NCBI GenBank assembly: GCA_951406725.2
Contig: OX597823.1
Location: forward strand, 68,696,001 to 68,760,000
Direction: 5' to 3'
Source of the DNA: Octopus vulgaris
Taxonomy: Eukaryota
DNA length: 64,000 nucleotides
Shown here: positions 25,855 to 39,991 of the stretch, piece by piece
Numbering within the stretch: position 1 is the first letter of the stretch
Layout: every line of letters starts with the position of its first letter
Position numbers and translations under genes: made by a program
The notes under the pieces: generated by a model
The model's database searches: none
Seen by the model: the letters and a program-made list of their open reading frames with translations, nothing else
What the model was told of the DNA's origin: nothing

Positions 25855-28389
25855 TAATGTATCAGTATAAACATACCGCACTGGCTTCTATTATTTTTCG
25901 GTAGCTATTCTGAATTGCTAAAGAGAATTATGACTGGCTTATAGATGTATTTAATGGCTTTGTTATCTGTTTCAAATTAACTTTGCAGGAAGAATCAATT
26001 GCCTGCAGCTATGTTTATAGAAACTTGGCAAACATAAACAAGAGATTGTTTAACATTTTATCCTTTATTCAATGTCTGCAGCTCCTGTTTTATCAAATTA
26101 TTATATGTTGTTCATGGCTGAAATAGCTCAACCAATCATTATATAAGTTGCCATTTTATCTGAAAGTCTTAAACATTTTGATAATACATGTAATGTCTAA
26201 AAGGAGAATATAAGCTTGATATAGCTTTACATGTACATTCATGCACCAATTTTGAGTTATGGGATAGAAAAGCTCACTGGGTAGGGTACTAAGCTCTGAT
26301 CACCTCTTTTTATCTAATACACTTATTCAAATCTTGAATGTTCAGTACTGGGAAACAAGCTGGAAAAATGACTGTAAAACAATCATTGTATGCTTGGATT
26401 CTTTCAAAAAGAGCGTAGTTTGATTTATGATCACTTTGGGAAATTAGAAGAACCAAAAATTTGTGTAATGATAGTGTGTTGCATTTCATTATGTTTAAAT
26501 TTTACAGAACTGATTTTCTTCATGATTTGTGTTTTAGAATGAAAAACAAACCCTGAATAATATGCAGATTAAGAATCACCAATTGATTTCTAGAAAAAAA
26601 TAATTCATCTAAAATGTTCCTTAGTTAATTGAAACATGTTTTAGGTGATTATGAAAACTGTAACCATTTGCAAAATTTAATTATAGTTGGATCTCTCAAT
26701 ATAATATTTTTACATTAAGCTTGAAAAAAAAAAGAGAATTTATGGACAAATTCAAATTTGTTCAAGTACTTCATTGAAATAAAAACCATTTCATTTGATC
26801 AATGTGTACATGATCAATAAAATATAAAAATAAGTATATTTTGAGCTTTAAAACTACAAATTCATTTCTGAACAAATTGACACTACATTGATATAACTGC
26901 TTATTTTTCCCCATTATGATCAAAAGCAGAAATTGCAGTATGATTTGATGAATAAATGTCTTGCTGAAACCATGACAATCAAATAATTCACATAATAATT
27001 AGAATCAATCGCTGAGTCACTATCAGAACTGGAGGAGAAGTTCCAGGTGTGGAAGGAGGGTTTAGAATCGAGGGGCCTTAGAGTCAACCTAGCTAAAACC
27101 AAAGTACTAATAAGTAGAAAGGTAGAAAACCCACAAATATGGGGCCCTGACTCGATCTGTAGAAAAGGTGTAGGTAGAAATTTTCTATAAGATGTACCCA
27201 GTGTAGCTATGGACACATAAAGCAGCAACTAACTGGGAAAATGTGGCAGGAACTCTAATGTATCAGTATAAACATACTTCTGTCTGGCTTTTATTTTTCG
27301 GTAGCTATTCTGAATTGCTAAAGAGAATTATGACTGGCTTATAGATGTATTTAATGGCTTTGTTCTCTTTAAATTAATTGCTAAAACAATTGCCTGGGCA
27401 AAGTTTAGGGAGCTCTTACCTCTGCTGGTGACTAAAGGCCTCTCGCTCAGAGTAAAAGGCAGACTGTATGATGCATGTGTACGAACAGCTAGCTCAACCA
27501 ATCATTATATAAGTTGCCACTTTTATCTAGTAGAGCAAGGTATTAAACATTTCAATGATAACAACAGTAATGTCTGGATAAGATGCATAATACACTGTGT
27601 TAGCTTTACATGTACATTCATGCACCAATTTTGAGTTATGGGATAGAAAAGCTCACTGGGTAGGGTACTAAGCTCTGATCACCTCTTTTTATCTAATACA
27701 CTTATTCAAATCTTGAATGTTCAGTACTGGGAAACAAGCTGGAAAAATGACTGTAAAACAATCATTGTATGCTTGGATTCTTTCAAAAAGAGCATAGTTT
27801 GATTTATGATCACTTTGGGAAATTAGAAGAACCAAAAATTTGTGTAATGATAGTGTGTTGCATTTCATTATGTTTAAATTTTACAGAACTGATTTTCTTC
27901 ATGATTTGTGTTTTAGAATGAAAACAAACCCTGAATAATATGCAGATTAAGAATCACCAATTGATTTCTGAAAAAATAATTCATCTAAAATGTGGTCCTT
28001 AGTTAATTGAAACATGTTTTAGGTGATTATGAAAACTGTAACCATTTGCAAAATTTAATTATAGTCCGCCAGATCTCTCAATATAATATTTTTACATTAA
28101 GCTTGAAAAAAAAAGAGAATTTATGGACAAATTCAAATTTGTTCAAGTACTTCATTGAAAAAAAACCATTTCATTTGATCAATGTGTACATGATCAATAA
28201 AATATAAAAATAAGTATATTTTGAGCTTTAAAACTACAAATTCATTTCTGAACAAATTGACACTACATTGATATAACTGCTTATTTTTCCCCATTATGAT
28301 CAAAAGCAGAAATTGCAGTATGATTTGATGAATAAATGTCTTGCTGAAACCATGACAATCAAATAATTCACATAATAATTAGAATCAAT
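25855..28389. repeat. Near-identical ~1.15 kb direct duplication (25855-27009 and 27256-28389), probably an assembly artefact
   Basis: 26222-27009 and 27601-28389 differ mostly by homopolymer-length and small indels; the 5' parts of both copies are mosaic with other sequence. Confidence 0.85.
27008..27490 (+). mobile_element. Two young RTE ORF pieces (27008-27245 and 27391-27490) interleaved with duplicated genomic sequence
   Basis: IAESLSELEEKFQVWKEGLESRGLRVNLAKTKVLISRK...CRKGVGRN and AWAKFRELLPLLVTKGLSLRVKGRLYDACVRTA. Confidence 0.85.
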
Positions 28390-29289
28390 GTTTGGAACAC
28401 ATTGGAAACTTAACTAAAATGTTTACTTCTACCTATTCAAAATTCCTACACTGTTGCTTTCAATAGTGTTTTTCATGTTAAGGAGGTTAGCTGACAAAAT
28501 CATTTGAGTATAGGAAAGAAAATTACTTCATGGAATCTGTTTTATGTTCTAGGTTCAAATTCTGTCATAGTCTTTTGTACTTTTGTGGTCAATAAACTAG
28601 ATTAATGGGACTGATACTGGGACTGATTGTGTTGACTTAACCATTCCCCTCAAATATACTGGCTTTCTGCCTAAATTAAAAACAATCATTAGTTTTGACA
28701 TTAATAGGTAATAAATGTGGGAATAAGTCAAATAAAATATTGAATGCCTTGTCATATTTAGTTGCATCTCTTTACATTCTCAGATGATATCTTGTCAGTG
28801 TCAAGTACCAGGAAACTGCAGGAGTGGTTTAAATTGACTACACCTTTACCAGGAAATATGTAGTCTTGTACAAGAGTAGGGAATCAATATTAGTTTCCAC
28901 AATCCTAGCTGCTTCATTTGGTCATTCAAACAACAAACTATTGACCCACATTTCCCATACGCTATTTATAAACTTTTGCTTCAGTTAACACTGTTTAATA
29001 TCAATTCATTCTTCACTGTACACTTTACAGACTTTAGCTGTTTTAAATGTCAACTTTAGCATATTGGTTTAACTGATGAACTGACTGACTGGAACTTGCA
29101 TGCTAACTGCTTTGAGTGCAAGGCTTAAACTGTACTGACCAGTGAGGCTTCACTTTGATTTTCATAACACCAAAACAAGTACATATTGTGAATTGTTGTT
29201 GTGCAACCCTAGGTCTGCCCAGATTGAGCAGTTTTATGATATGCAAGTAATAGTCAAACAATGAAACCTGACTTACAAATGCTGCTTTC

Positions 29290-29640
29290 TACTTATATCA
29301 TTTCTGCATAAAGAGTGAACACATTACATATTCCCAATGTTCACTGATAAATTGTAACTGGTGCAGTGTTAGATTTTGGATATTTATAGCACTATCTCAA
29401 TTGTCTTGTATACTCATAGTTTCTGAGAGTAGCAACTGTTGGGTAGCAAGGTAGACTTGGTCAGCACATGACATTTGCTGCTGCTTTGTACTTATTGTTG
29501 GTGGTGCTCATCTCAGCACAATGCTGGTGTAAGTATTTGTAGATGAATGTAATGATTTCTCCAGGCCCCAGGTAGCTGAGTACTTTTGATTTTGACTTGC
29601 CTTGAGGTTTCTGAATTTTTTTTACCTTTCTTTTTTGCTT
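29290..29640 (-). mobile_element. Degenerate non-LTR RT N-terminal fragment (possibly R4/Dong-like)
   Basis: Minus strand ..LGPGEIITFIYKYL.. then ..STLLPN..; spacing resembles KAPGPD.I..F.YK.L / TYLLPK / YRPI.C. Confidence 0.4.
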
Positions 29641-29685
29641 TTTACATGTCTGTTGGAAGAACAAAATTAAATCTATGGTCTAGAA

Positions 29686-30075
29686 ACAGGTGCGGCTGTG
29701 TAGTAAGACGCTTGCTTCCCAGCCACCTGGTTCTTAGTTCAGTCCCACAGTGTCGAAGCTTGGGCAAGTGTCTTCTACTATATCCTCATGCCAACTAAAG
29801 CCTTATGAATGGATTTGGTAGACAGAAACTGACAAAAGACTATTTTATATATGCACGTGCGTGTGTGTGTTTGACCCTCCACCACTGCCTTGACAACCAG
29901 TGCTGGTGTATTTAGGTCCCTGTAACTTAGTGGTTTGGCAAAAAAGACTAATAAAATAAGCACCATACTTTAAAAAAATAAGTGCTGGGGGTCACTTCAT
30001 TTTACTAAAAATTCTCCAAGGTGGTGCCCCAGCATGGCCACAATCTAAAGACCGAAACAAATAAAAGATAAAAGA
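29686..30075 (+). mobile_element. SINE type A
   Basis: gcggctgtgtagtaagacgcttgcttccc...ttgggcaagtgtcttctact...cagcatggccacaatc...aaataaaagataaaaga. Confidence 0.85.
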
Positions 30076-33000
30076 ATTTAAGTAGAAAGTGTGTATTTTT
30101 CACTTTATGGATTTTGGTGGCTGATTTTTAAGAAATGTCTAATGCGTTTGCTTGGATTTGTAGTGTAGGTATACTGAAGTTGTTATTATGACACATAACA
30201 TAGCTTGTCCATTGTTTCTGATGCTATAATATCTTTCATATGATGTTCTGCTAGGTTTGTGGTTTATGATACAAGTGTATGACACTTTTTGCTTTTCATA
30301 TGATTTATTTATTCATTTATTTCCTTATTTAGTTGTTTGATGCTGAGCTTTATTTTGGTTGTCTGCTGCTTTGAGATATTGTATTTCAAGTTATCTCTGA
30401 TATTTATAAGATTGGTTATTTCTGATGTATAATTGGGTTATGTTTTTTTACATGGCTTAGATGCTTCTATAATTAGACAATAATGAATGCATGTTCTCAT
30501 GTATTAGACCAACCCCATTGTGGAATAATCAGTCTTATCTGATTTGAGTATAATCTGGAATGAAGCTTTTCTGTGTTCTGGTAGTAAAAAATGTTTTCAG
30601 AACTATAAGTACAACTGCTGTGAATGATGATGATCCTCTAGTTCCACAAAGGGACTTTTAATTGTATCTGTGAATTTTGAAGTTTTATAGTATTTTTGTA
30701 TGGGCGACATTTATTCTTTAATGTATTCTGTGTGATTCTGTGATGTTGGGAGGGACAATTGTTCTTCTTTCAGTGTTATTTTACCTGTAAAGTCACATGT
30801 TTATCAAAATTAGTTTTATATGTTTTTGCTTGAGGCTGTTTGTGAGTGATCTTGAAAACTTTTTAAGGCATAGAGGTGTCTAAAAGCCTTCTCAGTGTAG
30901 ATTTGTAGTCATTGCCTTCACATGTAAAATATTTTCCTGAATCAAGTATACAACATCCAGTTATCCTCTAAGACATGATTATACTATCTTCCTTTCTGAC
31001 ATATTATATTTAGCATTATTTGATCTTGTGTGATTAACTATTTTTTAAGATGGTAAGATAGTTTCTAATGAACATTTGGTTTTGATTTTTTGCAGGCCAA
31101 GGGACTACGTAATGACTTCCTCGAAAAATTTCTCTCATCAATTCAGGTATCTATGCAATTTACTCAATGTCATCCACAAACTATCACATCCTGTCATATA
31201 TTCAGGATATTACAATCCATTATTTTCTATATTATGATTTAAGTGTACGTGGTATTATCCAAATATAAAAATTCATGCCTTGCACTACCTATGATATTAC
31301 AAATCTTTTGTATGCCTGTGTATTGGTATCATATAATAAATATTTCCTATTTCTTTTTCATATCCCATACTATAATAGAAATGTAAATACACATTTATCT
31401 GTATTAAAAGTATTCCTATTTCAAAAGAATGTGTATATTTGAAAAAAAAATTACTGCATTCAATAACTGAAGATAAATATATATAAATTTTTAAAATGAA
31501 TTGTTTTTAAGGAAATAAGTTTTGAGTTATACTACTTCAAAGCAAAGAGGAATTCTATTTCATTATTAAAAACTTATAGCTATAACTTTCATGAGAATTG
31601 CACTGGCAAAATAAAAGAATATTTGACAAATTTACAATATGAAAGGAAAACCTATTTCAACAATTTTGCAAAATTTATTTTACTATTATTATTGTAAATA
31701 CAAGAATTATTATTTAACAACATTTAAGCAAAAGAAAATAAAAAAAACATTTTTTGCTAAATGCAAGACATTGTTGAAATTAATATAACCAAGAAATTAA
31801 TTTTGAATAATATAAATCCCTTAAAATGTACCTTTTGATTTTAAACTACTTATTGAAAAATAAACTTTGTATTCTCTGCTACAGAAACATAGAGAAAATT
31901 ATTTAGTCAATAGTTTAACATTGCTTTTTTAATCTAAATTATTCTGTTACTGTCTATGAATGGAGCACGTTAACTATGGAACAAAACTGAAGTTATAATA
32001 TATTATATACACAAAATCTATATTATTTATAAGACAATCGACTGGACAACAGTATAAGAAAATTGAAAACATATTCTGTTATAGATATGACAAGATATGA
32101 CATTTATTATTTATATATTTGTAAAGAATACTGCTGATGAATATTTTAAGTTAATATATACATACATTTCTAGGATTCTACAGCTCAGTGGAGCAGCTAT
32201 GGTAGTTCATTACTAGGACTGTGAATAAAATGCCAGTCATATGCTTTATTTCCAAATATGAAAATAAGGATGGAGTACGATTATTTGTTAAAGCTTCACC
32301 AGTATGACCAAAATATAGCAAGATAGATAATATTACTGATTGATTATCTTCAAAGTCATTCCAAAGTTGTTTATCACTTGACACGCAGAAAAAAATAATA
32401 TATAACTCAAAAAAGTAGAAAGACTATAATTTTCAAAGATATACACTTGTGAGACTGCTTCATGAGTACTAACAATGAAGAATTTATACCATTTCCAGAA
32501 ACAAATGCTTTATAAAAACATATCATTTCAAAAGAATGCATATCATGGTTCTCTATGAACTTACATGGCTATTTTGAAAACTACAGGATTGCTGGAATTT
32601 CCATGGCACTAATAGCAGGTATAATGTTTGTTTGTGAAAAGGTGAGTGTAACTAATTGTATTGAACCAAAAATATTATAAATAATTAGTCTTAGAGAGGT
32701 GGAAAGTAGGGCTAATATCAGTTGGGTTTAAACTTTAAACATAAAGGACTGAAATAAAATTTTACTATGGTTTTAACCTAGTGTCCAGCTCTCAGTTACA
32801 TCTACTCCCTAACTCATTGCAATACAATTACTGGTTGAAACAGGTATGACTTATTGGTTGCCTAATATTTGCAAGAATAAAGATACAAAAATTATTCATT
32901 AGAAATATCCATAGTAAATTAGCATAATGTTAATAGACTGATTAATAGTTATTAGCATTATAAGCTATATTTATGTTATTAATTCAATTTTTATATTTTT

Positions 33001-33364
33001 ACTTTTAGTAATTCTGTAGGTACTAAAAACATCTGACAATACATTATCATGTTCTGTAGAAAATACAAATGTTATATGTTTGAGGGCTTTTAATTACTTA
33101 TGTATGGATGAATATAAGTAACATGGATTATTTCTTAGTCATTTTTGGGGAATTGCAAATGAAAAGGATTTTAAAACAAACATCCCATAAATATTTGGTG
33201 CACACCCAAATTCCTACCAAGTAGAGAAAAGAAATAGAAAGAGTTCTGTTCAATATATAGAAAGCAGTTTGAAAGGAAGTGCTTATTGTTAAAAAGAAAA
33301 CACACATGCCTGTACACACACACACACACACACATGCATGTATATGTGTATGTGTGTGTATGTA

Positions 33365-33472
33365 TGGTGTGACACCTTGCGCAAGTGTCTTCTACTATAA
33401 CCTTGGGCCAACCAAACTTGTGAGTGGATATGGAAGATGGAAACTGAAAGAAGCCTCTTGTATATATATATG

Positions 33473-33509
<37 letters not shown>

Positions 33510-33725
33510 TTTTGTGCATTTGTTTGTCCCACCATCACTGCTTGACAACCAGTGTTGATGTGTTTATATGTCTGTAACTTAGTGGTTTAGCAAAAGAGAC
33601 CAATGAAATAAATACTAGGCTTCAAAAATCAAATGTTGGGGTTGATTTGTTTGATTAAAACCTTTCAATGCAGTGCTCCAGCATGGCCATTGACAAATGA
33701 CTGAAACAAATAAAAGAATAAAATA
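33365..33725 (+). mobile_element. SINE type A, 5'-truncated, with internal (TA)n
   Basis: gacaccttgcgcaagtgtcttctactataacc...gaaactgaaagaagcc...cagcatggcc. Confidence 0.8.
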
Positions 33726-34355
33726 ACATATTGTATATATAACTTTATGTACACTTTCCTTGCTTGTGCACGTCTTTCAATGTTCATTTAGTTTCTGTCG
33801 TTGTTTTCTCTTCCTATCACCAACTCCTTTACAGAATGCACTTTACAGAGTGCATCAACTACTTTACAGAATGCTAGTGCCACAAAAAAGAACTCTGTGC
33901 TTTTTTTGTGACACTAGCTCTAGAGGAGTTGCCAGGTCAGACAAACTCTAAATCACACTTTATAGCATGTATTGCTTGAATGGATTCATTGAACCAACAA
34001 TAAGGTTGTCTCATACCTTGGAGATTAGAGAGATATTACCATTGTTAACATTTTGTTTATTTGGGGTTAAGTGACTGAGGAGATGACTGGAAGGGCCAGG
34101 TGATGGCAGAAGAAGAATCAGAATGAGTGGGAGAAGAGAGTGATTGGGATGAGAAGATTGTGGAAAAGTGAGAGAGAGAGAGAGAGAGGGAGTGGTGGAT
34201 AAATGGCAAGAGTGAATGATGGATATCCATGCTATGTTGCCAAAGTGGGGGCTTGTTCAACTACTTTCAGAGTACACTAGGTACTTCAGGAGCAAGGGTA
34301 GAAAGGATGTGCATGTGGATGAAATATGTGTGTGAATGTAATGCATATATCTGTA

Positions 34356-34396
<41 letters not shown>

Positions 34397-34536
34397 TGTG
34401 TAAAAGATAAATATATAGTCATATATGAATGCCAGCCTATTTTGTTGTTATACCCCTCTTCTATAGGGTTGTATTCATTATCAATAACACACTGGGTATT
34501 GTATGTGTGTGCATGTGTGTGTTTGTATATTTGTGT

Positions 34537-34568
<32 letters not shown>

Positions 34569-34749
34569 ACCCGCACACAATTGCGACTGCTACTTTATAT
34601 GAGATAAGCAGCAGTTACATTCCTGAACCACAACTCTGATCACTTAGCTGACAGTGCTCTGAAGATTTGAAAGTAATAAGATACCTTTAGGCAGTGTAAT
34701 TGGTATAGATGATCAGTTATCACCTCTTATACATTTAAGATAGGTGACA

Positions 34750-35075
34750 TTATTTGACATTCTCAGAAAAGCAATTTTGGCATCTCTTGGCTGGTAATAT
34801 TAGCTTATTCCTTTTATTTAAAACAATATTATCTACCATCTTTCCAACAACAACCTTGGGCACCTTTTTGAAAACCATATGACAAACACTGGCGGACATG
34901 CTTATAACATCAAAAAACAACACAGCATCCCCGTGACTTTCAGAAACATTTTTTTCACGCTCAGAATTGCTGAAGGATGGAATAAACTATCTGCATCAGT
35001 TGTTAGCTGTTGAGACACTGCATCCTTCAAAACTTCCATGCTTCCTGAAATCTGCCAACAGTACATCTGATGGCT
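34750..35075 (+). mobile_element. CR1-type LINE 3' end
   Basis: TNTGGHAY.IKKQHS..DFQKHFFTLRIAEGWNKLSASVVSC*DTASFK matches the CR1 C-terminus (TRGH...FF..RV...WN.LP..VV...F). Confidence 0.75.
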
Positions 35076-35580
35076 TTTTTTTAGTTGTGGTGCATCTGAG
35101 CACTGAATAGAACAATTTCTTTCATTATATCATATATACATGCGCACAATATGTAAAGTAATACTTCGGTTATTTCTGGATATGTGGAGACACACAAACA
35201 CTGTCTCATACAGGTACAGGCATGTGTGCGCACACAAACACACAGTCTCATACAGTTAGGTACGTATATAAACACACACAATCTCATACAGTTACGCGTA
35301 CACACACACACACACACATACACACACACACAATCAGCATCATATTTTTCATTTATTTATTTTTATTATTGGAATGCTAACGTTGAGGGAGGAGAAGGGT
35401 ATACTGAGTGGCTAAAACAGACTGACTTTGTCAGTCTCATATGGGAGAAAAAGGAGGGTGTATCGAGTGAATAAAATGGACTGACACGTGTTGGAGTTAG
35501 TCCCCCAAAACTGATTTTATTTATATAGATTGGAGTTGGATGTTAGATGATGTTAAGTGTTTTACCGAGGCAGAAGCTGC

Positions 35581-35659
35581 ATGAATGATACAGTGCCATA
35601 CTCTTTATCTAATATTGGTCATGAATGATACATGTCATACTCTTTATCTAATATTGGTC
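35581..35659. repeat. Two-copy ~39 bp tandem duplication
   Basis: atgaatgataca...catactctttatctaatattggtc occurs twice. Confidence 0.85.
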
Positions 35660-35719
35660 ATGAAAAGCTGGCAGCTTTGCTATTGGTTTTGATTTCTAAA
35701 TATACTTTGTTATACTTCT

Positions 35720-35950
35720 AGAGTTTGTTGACAGACCAAGTCACTCTACTATTGCAGTTGACTCTTGAGTGTTTTTATATGCTATACAGTTTGATGATGT
35801 GTGTTGCTGGTGGAGATATCACCTTGGTGATGTTTTCCTCTAGATACATGCCATCTGGAAAATGCCATAGTACTTTCATAGCAAATTTGGAAATCAAAAA
35901 CTTCCATAATTGCATGGGCAGTCTTGGATAAGGCACAGCACTTAATAACA
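35720..35950 (+). mobile_element. Possible PLE GIY-YIG endonuclease relic
   Basis: Frameshifted F..RY..H and QIWKSKTSIIAWAVLDKA resemble PLE 'LS..IW.LK....I.W.I...A'. Confidence 0.45.
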
Positions 35951-35981
35951 GATCAAATTCAACAATCATTCTACTTTAAAA

Positions 35982-36202
35982 CCCTTTCATTACCAATCCG
36001 GCTGAAACCGGCTCTGTCTCTTTAGTACAAATGTTTTGTTTTCATAAGTTTTGAATTAAAATCTTCCACCAAATCTTAATCACAATTTATGTTCCTGACA
36101 CTAGCTGAATGATAACTAAGTTATTTTACTAAATTCTTTGTAATATTTAAAGTAATTGAAAGAAATACAGAGCATCTCAAAATAAATGCAGTAATGAAAG
36201 GG
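35982..36202. mobile_element. piggyBac-type MITE
   Basis: 12 bp TIRs CCCTTTCATTAC / GTAATGAAAGGG; TTAA immediately right, TTAAAA left; no ORF. Confidence 0.75.
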
Positions 36203-36505
36203 TTAACCTTAAATAAAAGAAGAATAAATTAATTTCAATTTGTTAATAATACATGCTTAACTTCTCCATTTAAAAATTCAAAGAAGACTTCCATTTTTCT
36301 GTCTGACATAATTGCTTCAAATTATAAATTATTTTATAACTTTAAGATACACTGACATGTATATACAGTCTACAGAGGGAGTGAATCCCTACCATCTTCC
36401 AGTGACAGGACCACCAGACCATATGGTTTCAAGCTGGAAGATGATAGGGGTTTGTTGGAAGATGGTAGGGGTTTGCTCTTCTGCTTGCAATATACATTGG
36501 GTACA

Positions 36506-36723
36506 TAAAGCAGTGATCTGGCAGAAACGTAAGCATGCCAGGCGAAATGCTTAGCAGTATTTCATCTGTCATTATGTTCTGAGTTCAAATTCTGCCAATG
36601 TCGACTTTGCTTTCATCCTTTCGGGGTCAATAACTTAAGTACTAGTTGCATACTGGGGTTGATCTAATCAACTGGTCCCCTCCCCACCAAAACATTTCGG
36701 GCTTTGTGCCTAGAGTAGAAAAG
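36506..36723 (+). mobile_element. SINE type B with target-site duplication
   Basis: Flanked by aatatacattgggtaca (36489) and aatatatattgggtgca (36724). Confidence 0.9.
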
Positions 36724-38704
36724 AATATATATTGGGTGCAGATTACATCAAATAACCAGCTGGAGGAGGAATCCTCCTGGGGTTAAAATGGTAGTAATGT
36801 CAGTTCCTATGGAACAGCCATGTTGAAGTGGCAATAAACATTACTTCTCAATATAGTTACAACTTTCATTTCTTATAGAAATTTTCTAACCAGCTAATTT
36901 GCTTGTTTCATATACATGTATGCATACATATACACACAATGTGCATAATTTAAGCACCAGAAACATTAAAATAAACTTAAAATTTTATCAATAATATTAA
37001 AGAGAATTTTTTAATATCTGAGTATACCAGGAAGATAGTTGGGTAAAGTATTGACAAATTAATCAAATAAATGTTATCAACAGATGAGAAGTGGGTGGTT
37101 TAAAACAATAAAATTAAAATAAATTGAATGAACTGAGTAAAATTAGGCAAGATATTATTTATAAGCAATAAGCTAATTCATTTTTCAGATGTTTTCAACA
37201 TACATTTAATGAAGGTACCACAATTAATGAACAAGCTTCCTGAAATAAAACTTTTAATATGAAAAATTAAATTATTTTCTGCAAATATTACAGGAAGGTA
37301 ATGAAATTTATTTCAATGGCAATAACATTTTAATATTTTATTAATATCTAAATTTAAAGAATTCTTGATTATATTAACAAAGATTCAAGTGTTACTTTCA
37401 ATCAGAAATGAAAAGAGTTGTCAATAAAAGATTTAAATCCCTTCATTATTGCAGATATAAATAGTGTGTTGTTCAATAATAAATTCCTAATCAAAAGTCT
37501 AATCTCAGTGGATAACAAAGAGGATCAAGGATTTCTATGCACAAAATATTCATATCCAATAGTAAGCAAATAAAGCAACACTTAAATTGTGCTAGATAAG
37601 AATTTAATCCTTTCAAACTTAAATACTTTCAAATCTACATGATTTCATTGGTGGAGTTGACTGAGCCAAGAGAAATATTCTGTTCATGATTAGTTTGGTA
37701 CCTCAATTTTCTGAGATTAAATATAGCTATGTTGTAGAGTTGATAAAAATAAAATTCAATATCTGAGATCAGTGCAATTAACTACACAATTATCCATGCA
37801 AATATTTGTCTTATTTCCTAGCAAAAAGAAATATTCATGTAACTAAGAAAAGAAAATATTACCATTTATTTTCCTTAGATACGATATTCAGTTATTGAAA
37901 CTTAAAGTCTCAAACAAACACTCAGTTGTAAATGTCAACTAAAATTTTGTCAACTAAAATTATGGCTCATTCAACAATAGCTTTTGAAGATATTGGACAA
38001 ATAGATAAGAAATGACTTGAAAGAAAATGTCTTTTGGCCTGAAATGATGACATTCAATATGTTAATGATGATGATGATAATGATGACGATGATGACATGT
38101 TTATACAGAGAAGCTTCAGCTCTGTTTGAATTCCAGAATACTATATTACTCTAAGTTCAGAAAGCAAAACTTAGAATCCATGAAAAAATATTTTTAGCTT
38201 ATTTCTGAGAGAGGGAGAGAGAACGAGAGAGAGAGAGAGGGAGAGAGAGAAGGAGAGAGAGAGAGAGAGAGAAAGGGCGAGAAATTTATATAATTAATGG
38301 GGATGATTTTCAGAATGTTCTACACACTGCTTCCTCTTGACTGTTTCCGACTGCTGCTGGGCAAATCTTGAAGCATTTCCTAATACTACATTAAAATATG
38401 GGTAAAAAAACATTGCTAAGGAGCTGGAAATTAGCAAAACCATACAGATTTTTTTTCTTGTTAAGTTATTAGGGCATTTCATTATTGGCAATCAATGTGA
38501 GCAAAATATTTTCAACTGTCAAATGTAGAGGATGCACTTTTACAAAATGGGTTAATGATACTACAAACAAAATAGATTTAATGCTGTTGAATATTTTGGA
38601 GATGTTGGAGGACACTGAGAAGAAAGAATTGTGATAGACAAATTAAGTTTGAAAAATGTTAAGATGGGACAGCGTTTATGTTGAGTATATATAAACATGT
38701 GTAT

Positions 38705-38932
38705 GCACCTGGCAGAAACGTTAGCACGCCGGGCGAAATTCTTAGCGGTATTTCGTCTGCCGCTACGTTCTGAGTTCAAATTCCGCCAAGGTCAACTTTG
38801 CCTTTTATCCTTTCAGAGTCGAATAAATAAGTACCAGTTATGCACTGGGGTCGATATAATCGACTTAATCCCTTTGTCTGTCCTTGTTTGTCCTCTCTGT
38901 GTTTAGCCCCTTGTGGGTAGTAAAGAAATAGG
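38705..38932 (+). mobile_element. SINE type B (young, CpGs retained)
   Basis: ctggcagaaacgttagcacgccgggcgaaat...gttctgagttcaaattccgcc...taaagaaata. Confidence 0.9.
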
Positions 38933-39157
38933 TATAGTTATTGCTTTTAAGAAAGGTTTTTTTATTGTTTTAATTTGAATGTCTAGATTTTCCTGCTTGA
39001 ATGGGTCAGACTGAATTTGTTGAAGCAGATTTTCTACAACTGGATGTTCTTCCTGTCACCAAATCTCACCTGAGGCAGGATATATTTTCACGGGCAATTT
39101 GGAAATGAGGATATCTCTTGTATGATAGTGACACTCATATATAAGTATTGTGTGATA

Positions 39158-39491
39158 GCATGTGACTTAGTGGTAAATGATTTTTGGTTCACAATCATAA
39201 GGTCATGAGTTCAATTCCCAGTGACGTGTTGTGTCCTTGAGCAAGACACTTTATTTCATGTTGGTCCAGTTTATTCAGTTGGCAAAAATGAGTAATATCT
39301 GTATTTCAAAGGCCAACCTTGTCACACTCTGTGTCAGGTTGAATCTCTCTGATAGCTATGGTAAAGGTACATGTGGTACTATGGTAAGGGTACATGTGGA
39401 GTGTTCAGCCACATGCATCTTAATTTCATGAGCAGGCTGTTCCATTGATCAGATCAACTGAAATCCTCAACCTCATAAGTGATGGAGTGCC

Positions 39492-39495
<4 letters not shown>
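39158..39495 (+). mobile_element. tRNA-derived SINE type C ('ccttgagcaagacactt' domain)
   Basis: A/B-box-like head cttagtggta...gagttcaattcc followed by gtgtccttgagcaagacactttatttca; related to 41618-41950. Confidence 0.8.
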
Positions 39496-39532
<37 letters not shown>

Positions 39533-39709
39533 TAGATAGATAGATAGACAGATAGAGAGAAAGAGAACCTCCATGTTATAGGCTTGAAAAATTGTTAAGA
39601 TATTAAGATATTTTTCTTAACATGAAACCAATGGTAGACTTAATACACAAATAAAGAAATTTTATCCACCAATGTGGTGTTGAGTACTCATTCTCTTTGT
39701 CTGACATTT

Positions 39710-39991
39710 ACATATATATGTGTGTGTGTGTGTGTCTGTATATATATATATATATGTAAATATATATATATATGCATACGTACATATATATATGCATACA
39801 TACATATATATATATATGCATGCATACATACATATATATAAGCATACATACATATATATATGCATACTTATATACATACATATATAGATATATATGCATG
39901 CATTCCTGTATACATATATGCATACACACACACATATATATACATACACACACACACATATATATATACACACGCACACACATATATATAC

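Noticed and set aside
31080-31130. Splice-acceptor-like ttttttgcag|GCC
   Set aside because: Appears to be part of an old dispersed repeat also seen near 8110-8300 and 9890-10110.
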